This document shows positions 39,836 to 47,233 of a stretch of DNA of 64,000 nt, one piece after another. Origin of the DNA: Pseudomonadota bacterium. Lineage in GTDB: Bacteria; Pseudomonadota; Alphaproteobacteria; Rickettsiales; UBA8987. Position 1 is the first letter of the stretch; each line of letters opens with the position of its first letter. The DNA is taken from NCBI GenBank assembly GCA_048498735.1, contig JBEHXK010000005.1, positions 69,130 to 133,129 of the forward strand. The letters are read 5' to 3'. The notes beneath the pieces are model-generated. The model had not been told where the DNA came from. It made no database searches and saw only the letters and a list, made by a program, of their open reading frames with translations. A program made the translations under genes and the position numbers.

Positions 39836-41296
39836 TTATTTCAGCTTCGCTTTCAGAATATCGTTAACTATGCCGGGGTTGGCTTTGCCTTTGGATATCT
39901 TCATCACCTGGCCCACGAAGAAACCGAATAACTTATCCTTGCCTGATTTATATTGTGCGATCGAATCCGGATTGTCCGCAAGAACCTGATCGATGATCTT
40001 TTCGATCTCAGAACTATCACTAACCTGTTTCAAACCTTTTTCCTCGATTATCACAGAAGGCGCTTTGCCGGTTACAAACATTTCATCAAGAACATCCTTG
40101 GCGATCTTGCCGGAAATGGTGTTATTTTTTATCAGGCCTATCAACTCTGCAAGGTTATTAGCTGAAACCGGGGAAGAAGATATTTCAAGTCCGGCTTTAT
40201 TCAGGCGGCCGAATAGTTCTGCTGAAAGCCAGTTGGCTGCAAGCTTTGCATCATCGCATTTCTGCAGAAGCTGCTCATAGAAATCGGCCACCTCCCTTTC
40301 AGAGGTGATAACTTCTGAATCATATTTGCTAAGGCCTAGTGTTTCTATATAGCGCTTCCTTTTAACATGCGGCAGCTCCGACATGGAAGATTTTATCGCA
40401 TCAACTTTGGCCTGCTCTATCACCAGCGGATAAAGATCAGGATCCGGGAAATATCTGTAATCATGGGCATCTTCCTTGGTGCGCATAACTTTGGTAATAC
40501 CGGTTGCTGTATCAAACAGCCTTGTTGCCTGCTCAACAACGCCGCCACTTTCAAGAAGTTCGATCTGGCGCTGCGCTTCATAATTTATCGCAGCGATAAT
40601 AAAGCGGATAGAGTTCAAATTTTTAATTTCATTGCGCGTGCCAAGTTTGCTGTCACCAACACGACGAACCGAAACGTTAGCATCACAACGAAGTGAGCCT
40701 TTTTCCATATCACCATCGCATGTGCCGATATAACGAAGGATCTGGCGAAGGTTCTTTATATATTCACCTGCTTCTTCCGCTGAGGAAATATCAGGCTTGG
40801 AAACGATCTCCATCAGACCAACACCGGAACGGTTAAGATCAATAAAGCTTTCTGTCGGTGATTGATCGTGGATGGATTTGCCGGCATCCTGCTCGACGTG
40901 GATGCGCTCTAAACGAATGGTTTTATCGCCATATGGCATGCTGATGCCTATCTCACCATCAGAAACTATCGGGTGGCGGAATTGCGAGATCTGGTATCCT
41001 TGCGGCAGATCGGCATAGAAATAATTCTTACGGTCAAACACTGAACGTAAATTCACTTTACCATTTATCGCCAGGCCGGTTTTGATCGCCTGCTCGATAC
41101 AGAATGGATTGATTACCGGAAGCATGCCCGGCATTGCAGCATCAACAAAGGAAACCTGGGTGTTCGGTTCAGCACCGAAAGAAGTTGGCGATGCAGAAAA
41201 TAGTTTGGAGTTAGATTTTATCTGGGCGTGCACTTCCAACCCGACAACTAATTCCCACTTTCCGGTTTTCCCTTCTAATAAACAAGATTCATTCAT
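39836..41296 (-). CDS. gatB: Asp/Glu-tRNA amidotransferase subunit B
   Basis: 486 aa. [12 protein letters not shown] at the N-terminus and a YqeY-like C-terminal domain. Confidence 0.95.
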   Translation of the reverse strand: MNESCLLEGKTGKWELVVGLEVHAQIKSNSKLFSASPTSFGAEPNTQVSFVDAAMPGMLPVINPFCIEQAIKTGLAINGKVNLRSVFDRKNYFYADLPQGYQISQFRHPIVSDGEIGISMPYGDKTIRLERIHVEQDAGKSIHDQSPTESFIDLNRSGVGLMEIVSKPDISSAEEAGEYIKNLRQILRYIGTCDGDMEKGSLRCDANVSVRRVGDSKLGTRNEIKNLNSIRFIIAAINYEAQRQIELLESGGVVEQATRLFDTATGITKVMRTKEDAHDYRYFPDPDLYPLVIEQAKVDAIKSSMSELPHVKRKRYIETLGLSKYDSEVITSEREVADFYEQLLQKCDDAKLAANWLSAELFGRLNKAGLEISSSPVSANNLAELIGLIKNNTISGKIAKDVLDEMFVTGKAPSVIIEEKGLKQVSDSSEIEKIIDQVLADNPDSIAQYKSGKDKLFGFFVGQVMKISKGKANPGIVNDILKAKLK

Positions 41297-41390
41297 TGCA
41301 ACTGCTTATCATTATATTAGCTTAGGAAGAGTTTCTATATCAGGTTTTGCTTTTAATCAATTGCTGTTTTGGCTAGAATGAGCGCCGTTT

Positions 41391-42431
41391 ATGAATGCTG
41401 AGAATAAAATTCCTGAGGTCTGGGCGCTGCTTGATAATGTTACAGGCCACAATACGCAGGTGCTGGGCGTTGCAGAGAGCCTGGGCCTTCCCTTTCATAA
41501 AAAGAAAATCGAATATAACGAGAAGGCTGAATGGCCGAACTTCCTTAAACTTAATGGGCTTGCGACCATAGATAAAAGCAAATCTGATAATATTGCGCCA
41601 CCTTATCCCGATATTGTTATTTCATGCGGAAGAAAAGCAGCTTCGGTTGCAATGTCGATTAAAAAAACCGCCAAAAAGAACGGTGTAAAAACTTTCGCAG
41701 CTCATATATTATGGCCAGGCTTTCCAACCAATGGGCTTGATCTGGTTGCCGTGCCTTTGCATGACAGCATTGCAAAAAAGAACAAGAAAAAACTTTTCAA
41801 ATTTTTGGGCGCACCCAATCGCATCAGCAGAGAATTTCTGCTAAATGAATATCGCATATGGGCACGCACTATTGGCGATCTGCCATCACCAAAAATAACC
41901 GTGCTTGTGGGTGGCGATTCAAAGAATAATAATTTCACCATGGAACATGCTTCAAGGCTTGTTGATGGAATTGTGCAGATATGCGGGCATTTGAAGGCTG
42001 CAGCACTTGTAACCACCAGCAGAAGAACCAATGCTGATGTTGCAAGATTCATGGAAGATGAGCTGAAAAAACGCTTAGGCAAATATATTTATTTTCATGA
42101 TTTCAATCGCAGCAAGGCAAATCCGTTTTATGCATATCTGCAACTTGCCGATATGATAATCGTCACCGGTGATTCAGTTTCGATGATATCTGAAAGCTGC
42201 GCGACCGGAAAACCGGTTTACGTTTATTCGCCCGATGGTAATGCAGCAGAAAAACACCGCGCATTCCAATTGAGCCTGGCAGAACTTGGCTTTGTGAATT
42301 TCTTCGATGATGAGGCGAAAAGAAAAATTATTGAAAGTGGTGTGCCGGTGATGAACCGAGCCGGAAAAAATCTAAATTCTGCTGTTGATATTGCGGCAGA
42401 GATAAAACGCCGCAGCAAATTATTTACTTAA
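41391..42431 (+). CDS. ELM1 (mitochondrial fission)-family protein
   Basis: N-terminal VWALLDNVTGHNTQVLGVAESLGL matches the ELM1/DUF1022 signature (W.L.D...G...Q..G.AE.LG). 346 aa. Confidence 0.75.
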   Translation: MNAENKIPEVWALLDNVTGHNTQVLGVAESLGLPFHKKKIEYNEKAEWPNFLKLNGLATIDKSKSDNIAPPYPDIVISCGRKAASVAMSIKKTAKKNGVKTFAAHILWPGFPTNGLDLVAVPLHDSIAKKNKKKLFKFLGAPNRISREFLLNEYRIWARTIGDLPSPKITVLVGGDSKNNNFTMEHASRLVDGIVQICGHLKAAALVTTSRRTNADVARFMEDELKKRLGKYIYFHDFNRSKANPFYAYLQLADMIIVTGDSVSMISESCATGKPVYVYSPDGNAAEKHRAFQLSLAELGFVNFFDDEAKRKIIESGVPVMNRAGKNLNSAVDIAAEIKRRSKLFT

Positions 42432-42864
42432 GAACTTTCGTTACCGCACGAATTGCAAGGCGATAGCTTTCAGCACCAAAACCACAGATCACGCCTTTGG
42501 CAACTTTCGATACATATGAACCTTGCCTGAATTCTTCGCGCTTATATATATTTGAAAGATGAACCTCAATAACCGGAAGATTGCATGCAAGCAGCGCATC
42601 CATTATAGCGATCGATGTGTGGCTATATGCCGCCGCGTTGATTATGATCGCGTTATATTTCAGCGGCGCTGACTGGATCTGATCGATGATCTCAGCTTCG
42701 CTGTTGCTCTGATTGAAAGTTGTGGCAAGGTTTAAAGTTTCCGCTTCCTCAGCCACAATCTTTTCAATTTCTTCAAGGGTGATGTCGCCATATATCTCGG
42801 GCTGCCTTTTACCTAGAAGGTTAAGGTTCGGGCCGTTGATAATGAGTATCTGGCTGACAGACAT
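42424..42864 (-). CDS. aroQ: Type II 3-dehydroquinate dehydratase
   Basis: ILIINGPNLNLLGKRQPEIYG ... INAAAYSHTSIAIMDAL ... EVHLSNIYKREEFR. Confidence 0.95.
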   Translation of the reverse strand: MSVSQILIINGPNLNLLGKRQPEIYGDITLEEIEKIVAEEAETLNLATTFNQSNSEAEIIDQIQSAPLKYNAIIINAAAYSHTSIAIMDALLACNLPVIEVHLSNIYKREEFRQGSYVSKVAKGVICGFGAESYRLAIRAVTKVLK

Positions 42865-42875
42865 TTTAACCCTTA

Positions 42876-43637
42876 TTAGCTTTTCTTGTTAGCGCGCGCT
42901 TCGTCAATCGCTGCTTTGAAAGCATCATAACCAAGTGCGCCTCTTAATACTTTGCCATTGATCACAAATACCGGAGTGCCAGAAACACCAAGCTGTTCGC
43001 CAAGTGCATGGTTCTCAGCAATTTTGCTTTCGATCTCTTTGCTTTCCATTTCGCTACGCAGGCGAGCCGGATCAATACCAAGTTTATCTTTCACAAGATC
43101 GATAACCTGATCGATTGTTTGCGTGTTGTTGTGTGCAAGCAGATCATAATATTCAAAGCCTTTTTCAGGAGCAAGTTTTGTAACAGCAAGAGATGCTTTT
43201 GCTTTTTCTACTGATAGAGGCCCGAGGATCGGGAAATCTTTTATTACGAATTTCAGGTTTTTATCTTCTGAAAGAAGTTTTTCGATATCAGGAACTGATT
43301 TTCTGCAGAAGCCACAATTGTGATCATGGAAAACAACCATGGTAACATCACCATCTTTATTGCCGGTAACTGCATCGCCATTACCATTTTCAAGTTGCGG
43401 GCGAAGTTGAACTGCGGCTTTATCAGCATCAGCTTCTTCTTTCTCCGCACGGGCCTGTTGTGCATTACGAAGCGCCTGGATTATCACTTCAGGATTTTTC
43501 TCAATGAATTGTGAAACTGCAGGACCAACGCCATTTGCGTTAACTGCGTTTGTTTTTGTAACGATCAGATATGTAAGTGCTGATGAAGTTAAAACTGATA
43601 ATACAAAAAGTACTATGATCAATATTCTCGTGCCCAT
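42876..43637 (-). CDS. DsbA-family thiol:disulfide oxidoreductase
   Basis: N-terminal membrane anchor and a thioredoxin fold with the CGFC active site. Confidence 0.85.
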   Translation of the reverse strand: MGTRILIIVLFVLSVLTSSALTYLIVTKTNAVNANGVGPAVSQFIEKNPEVIIQALRNAQQARAEKEEADADKAAVQLRPQLENGNGDAVTGNKDGDVTMVVFHDHNCGFCRKSVPDIEKLLSEDKNLKFVIKDFPILGPLSVEKAKASLAVTKLAPEKGFEYYDLLAHNNTQTIDQVIDLVKDKLGIDPARLRSEMESKEIESKIAENHALGEQLGVSGTPVFVINGKVLRGALGYDAFKAAIDEARANKKS

Positions 43638-43671
43638 TATTTTTCTCCAGATTTAAAGTGGTTGCAAATTA

Positions 43672-45111
43672 TTATTTATCTTTCATTTGGTCAAGTTCCT
43701 TCTTCAGTTCCTCAAGCTTGGAATTATCAGGTGATTTGTCATCGATATTTCTTTCTGCCATGGTCATATATCTTTTGGCATTTATCTTATCACCTGCAAC
43801 GATGGAACTTTCGGTGAGGTATAGATAAGATAGGCCGATCTTACCGAGTTTTCCATAGGCTAGGCCCAATTTTTCAAGCGCCGCCAGGTTTTTAGGTTCC
43901 TGGGCAATAATTGCCTTAAGATGGCCTGTTGCTTCCTGCCAGTTCTGCTGCGATTTTGTTGCCAACAACGATTCAGAAAGCTTAAGCCTGATCAGCGGAG
44001 AATTGCCCAACATCGCAAGAGCTTTTTTATACTGAGTTACACTTTCATCAACATTGCCCTGTTCAAAAAGGAATTGCGCCTTAAGCTCCGTGAAATAAGG
44101 ATTATCAGGCTGATAATCGATAAGTTTTTGTACCAGCGCCATTGATTCTTTGAACTTGGCCTCCTTGTGAAGGGAGATGGCTTCAGCATAAAAAGCATCA
44201 GGCCCGTTCTGGCCCTGATAATATAATTTCACTTTGTCAGGCTCTTCCAAAAAGCCCATCACTTTTGCTTTCACCATCTTAAAGCGCTGCTCAAGTTCCG
44301 GCGGCGTTGGTTTATCCACCCCCGGATTATCACGTACAAAATTAAGGATATAATTTATCCTTTCATCCGTGACGGGGTGGGTTAGCAGATATGGATCCGA
44401 AATATCACCGGAGATTTTTTGTTTCGCCTGAAGTTTGCGCAAAATATTTACCAGACCCATCGGGCTGATGCCGATTTTTTTCAGCACCGTCAGCGCAACT
44501 GTATCTGCTGCATTTTCATATGAGCGTGAATATGCAAGCATTTTACGCGCAGCAATATTTTGCCCGGCAGAACCGATCGCCATGCCTGCTTCTGGCGGAG
44601 CGCCCGCAAGAACCGAACCCAGACCCAAAACATATCCGGCGATCGAACCAAGGCTTGCACCCCTGCTCACCTCGCTCTGGATGATAACGTGCGCACCTTT
44701 TATGTGACCGGTTTCGTGCGCCATCACGCCCATCAAGCCGGAAACTTCATCAGCAGCAACTATCAGACCTGTGTTTAAAAAAAGCTTTTGCCCGCTTGCG
44801 ACAAAAGCGTTGATGGTGGGATCATTTATTATGATGATTTTTATCGAATCAGGATCAAGGCCCGCAGCATTAAAAATCGAAGTTGAGATATCCTTAAGGA
44901 ACTTTTCTGTCTCATCATCACGAATATATGAGATCTGCTGCAGTGGATTGGGGCTATCTTTTGCATCAACCCTTAAATCTGCTAAAATGAAATATAGAAA
45001 AAAAGAAATAAGCAGAAAGCCAGCGATGAACATACCGGCAAAATTATTGCAGAAAACTGACGCCGAAGTTACGCAGTTCCTTAATACTTGGGTAAAATAC
45101 CTGGAAGACAT
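43672..45111 (-). CDS. M48-family zinc metalloprotease with C-terminal TPR repeats (BepA-like)
   Basis: HETGH zinc motif and TPR-like helical repeats in the C-terminal half. An alternative start is at 45033 (MFIAGFLLISFF..). Confidence 0.85.
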   Translation of the reverse strand: MSSRYFTQVLRNCVTSASVFCNNFAGMFIAGFLLISFFLYFILADLRVDAKDSPNPLQQISYIRDDETEKFLKDISTSIFNAAGLDPDSIKIIIINDPTINAFVASGQKLFLNTGLIVAADEVSGLMGVMAHETGHIKGAHVIIQSEVSRGASLGSIAGYVLGLGSVLAGAPPEAGMAIGSAGQNIAARKMLAYSRSYENAADTVALTVLKKIGISPMGLVNILRKLQAKQKISGDISDPYLLTHPVTDERINYILNFVRDNPGVDKPTPPELEQRFKMVKAKVMGFLEEPDKVKLYYQGQNGPDAFYAEAISLHKEAKFKESMALVQKLIDYQPDNPYFTELKAQFLFEQGNVDESVTQYKKALAMLGNSPLIRLKLSESLLATKSQQNWQEATGHLKAIIAQEPKNLAALEKLGLAYGKLGKIGLSYLYLTESSIVAGDKINAKRYMTMAERNIDDKSPDNSKLEELKKELDQMKDK

Positions 45112-45976
45112 AAAACGCTATTCCGAAAATACTCTTGAGGCTTATTTAAGTGATTTAACCCTCTTCTTCAACTTTATAACGGAATATAAAGGCCAAAATG
45201 CCGATAAAAATCTGCTTAGTGGTTTAGAGCTTTCAGATTTCAGATCATTTTTGGCGCATACAAATAATAATCGCATAGCAAGTTCGCGCGCACGAACCTT
45301 ATCTTCTGTGAAAAGTTTTTATAAATTCTGTGAGAAAAATAAATTCTTCAAAAACGAAAACGCATTTCTGGTAAAAGGCCCAAAGCTGCCGAAAAGCCTG
45401 CCAAAAGCACTGAATGTTGAAAACACTTTCGTAGCGATAGAGAATATTTCAGCGATAGAAAACACTAAAAAGAACAAGAGTGATTGGGTGGCATTGCGTG
45501 ATGAGGTTCTGCTGCAATTGATCTATGGCTCAGGCCTTCGTATATCAGAAGCGCTGAACCTGAAAGTTGGTGATCTGAACAATAGTAATATATTGCGGGT
45601 TAAGGGTAAGGGCTCGAAAGAAAGGCTTGTGCCGTTGATCGATAATATAAAAACGGCGTTACAAAAACTCATAAAAACCTGCCCTTATTGCACCGATAAG
45701 GATGCTTTTTTATTTTACGGAAAACAGGGCAAACAGCTTGATGCCGCCGTGTTTCAAAAGGTGGTGAGAACTGTACGCACAAACCTCGGATTACCAGAAA
45801 CCACAACACCACACACTTTCCGCCATAGTTTTGCTACTCATTTGCTGCAGAATAGTGGTGACTTGCGCACAATTCAGGAACTTCTTGGCCACTCAAGCCT
45901 TTCAACCACTCAAAGATATACGAAAATTGATAGTAACAGGATCATTTCTGCCTTCAATACCGCAGAGAACTCATGA
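45026..45976 (+). CDS. xerC: Site-specific tyrosine recombinase XerC
   Basis: The track ORF (44771) begins with a GTG antisense to the M48 gene. The recombinase sequence starts at the ATG at 45026 (MNIPAKLL..FLNTWVKYLEDIKRYSENTLEAYLSDL). Catalytic region HTFRHSFATHL ... LGHSSLSTTQRYT. Confidence 0.88.
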   Translation: MNIPAKLLQKTDAEVTQFLNTWVKYLEDIKRYSENTLEAYLSDLTLFFNFITEYKGQNADKNLLSGLELSDFRSFLAHTNNNRIASSRARTLSSVKSFYKFCEKNKFFKNENAFLVKGPKLPKSLPKALNVENTFVAIENISAIENTKKNKSDWVALRDEVLLQLIYGSGLRISEALNLKVGDLNNSNILRVKGKGSKERLVPLIDNIKTALQKLIKTCPYCTDKDAFLFYGKQGKQLDAAVFQKVVRTVRTNLGLPETTTPHTFRHSFATHLLQNSGDLRTIQELLGHSSLSTTQRYTKIDSNRIISAFNTAENS

Positions 45977-46033
45977 TTTTTTGCAACAATTTTAAAATTT
46001 ATTTAAAATTCGAAGATTAATTTTCAGTTAACA

Positions 46034-46063
46034 TTGACAAAACCTTTATGAAAAACTTATAAT
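46034..46063 (+). promoter_or_regulatory. Consensus sigma70-type promoter upstream of the L,D-transpeptidase gene
   Basis: TTGACA (46034-46039), an 18-nt spacer, then TATAAT (46058-46063). Confidence 0.55.
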
Positions 46064-46099
46064 ATTACTTTATTTCTTATGAAATTTTTAGGTAACTAT

Positions 46100-46603
46100 A
46101 TGAAAAAGAAACTCGCTTTCTTGTCCCTCTTCATATTTTCCCTTTTATTTAATGGGAATGTGACGCAGGCTAATATCAGGGCGGACATGATTTTAGTCAA
46201 TAAAAGCAGTCATATATTGACACTTTATCATGACGGGACGCCTGTAAAACAATATCAGATATCACTGGGTAAAAGCCCTACCGGTAATAAACTTTTTGAA
46301 GGCGATAACCGCACGCCTGAAGGCAATTATTATATCGCGGCTAAAAACCCTAACAGCCAATATCATATGGCGCTGAAAGTTTCATACCCGAGCAAGGATG
46401 ATGTGGAAAGGGCGCATAAATTCGGCAAAAGCCCTGGTGGCGACATCATGGTTCACGGCCTGCCTAATGATGCCAGCTGGATGCAGAAATGGTCTTTCAG
46501 GTATAAAGACTGGACCGCGGGCTGTATCGCCGTTTCCAACAATGATATTGAAGAAATTTATTCTATGGTGAATGAAGGCACGCCTATCATCATCCGCCCA
46601 TAG
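46100..46603 (+). CDS. L,D-transpeptidase (YkuD domain)
   Basis: Signal peptide from the internal Met (MKKKLAFLSLFIFSLLFNG). YkuD catalytic motif VHGLPND...WTAGCIAVSN. Confidence 0.85.
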   Translation: MKKKLAFLSLFIFSLLFNGNVTQANIRADMILVNKSSHILTLYHDGTPVKQYQISLGKSPTGNKLFEGDNRTPEGNYYIAAKNPNSQYHMALKVSYPSKDDVERAHKFGKSPGGDIMVHGLPNDASWMQKWSFRYKDWTAGCIAVSNNDIEEIYSMVNEGTPIIIRP

Positions 46604-46635
46604 AAAGCACAAACTATAGTCTCTCCGTTAGAGAA

Positions 46636-46667
46636 GGGCCGCCTTACAAAGCGGCCCTTTTTATTTT
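46636..46667 (+). terminator. Rho-independent terminator after the L,D-transpeptidase gene
   Basis: Stem GGGCCGC / GCGGCCC, loop CTTACAAA, followed by TTTTTATTTT. Confidence 0.8.
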
Positions 46668-46727
46668 GTTTGGGACACATGAATTATTTTGTTGAAAAAG
46701 GTTAAATTATACTTATACAGAAGCTTC

Positions 46728-46751
46728 CCTCGAAGCTTTTCGAGGCTTTTT
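46728..46751 (+). terminator. Terminator-like hairpin 9 nt upstream of tRNA-Lys
   Basis: Stem CCTCGAA / TTCGAGG, loop GCTT, followed by CTTTTT. It overlaps an alternative hairpin, GCTTC-CCTC-GAAGC. Confidence 0.4.
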
Positions 46752-46759
46752 CCATTGCT

Positions 46760-46835
46760 GATCCCGTAGCTCAGCCGGTAGAGCAACTGACTTTTAATCA
46801 GTGGGTCGTGGGTTCAAATCCCGCCGGGATCACCA
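46760..46835 (+). tRNA. tRNA-Lys (anticodon UUU), CCA encoded
   Basis: Hand-folded cloverleaf: acceptor GATCCCG/CGGGATC, D arm GCTC-AGCCGGTA-GAGC, anticodon arm ACTGA-CTTTTAA-TCAGT, T arm GTGGG-TTCAAAT-CCCGC, discriminator A, CCA. 76 nt. Confidence 0.9.
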
Positions 46836-46987
46836 TCTGTGAATCGTTATTGACGATTTCTTCAAAACAGTCTTGCCGAGTTAACGGTTTATTAACCTTT
46901 TTGTGATATTCATAGTGTATCAATACAGGATAGCAGGCCAAAGAAATCTGGCTTGAGATAAGGCCGGGGATAAAGGGGGCCAATCTA

Positions 46988-47233
46988 ATGAAAAGGTTCT
47001 ATTCTAATATAAATCAATGGTCGGCAGACGCACATAGACGTCTGCCCGTAATAGACCGGGCGGAAATAGAAAATCGCAGAAAAAATTTTCATGACTGTTT
47101 TTTTGCAGATCTGTCTGAGGATTTTTCCGGCCATGATATCGATCCAGAAGACGCAGAATTATACATTCAGGGAAAAATGTCCTTTGAGGAGTTTTATGCC
47201 TTTCTTCTGCAAAAATCCAGAGAGGTCATATGA
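46988..47233 (+). CDS. VbhA-like small protein (putative Fic-partner/antitoxin-type), 81 aa
   Basis: SD AAAGGGGG. The stop overlaps the next ATG (ATGA). The segment AEIENRRKNF...ADLSEDFSGHDIDPEDAELYIQGKMSFEEFYAFL resembles VbhA-type antitoxins (recalled: EEIEYRRRDARNALASQRLEGLEPDP...). The [S/T]xxxE[G/N] inhibitory motif is not exactly matched. Confidence 0.5.
   Translation: MKRFYSNINQWSADAHRRLPVIDRAEIENRRKNFHDCFFADLSEDFSGHDIDPEDAELYIQGKMSFEEFYAFLLQKSREVI

Noticed and set aside
44771-45025. 85-codon N-terminal extension of the xerC ORF (GTG start in the track)
   Set aside because: The extension is antisense to the M48 protease coding sequence and bears no resemblance to recombinase N-termini. 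XerC homology begins at the ATG at 45026.
46798-46983. 61-aa minus-strand ORF overlapping tRNA-Lys. Likewise 52317-52505 (-) and 52429-52647 (+) overlap tRNA-Gln
   Set aside because: They overlap well-folded tRNA genes or spacers, and nothing supports them.
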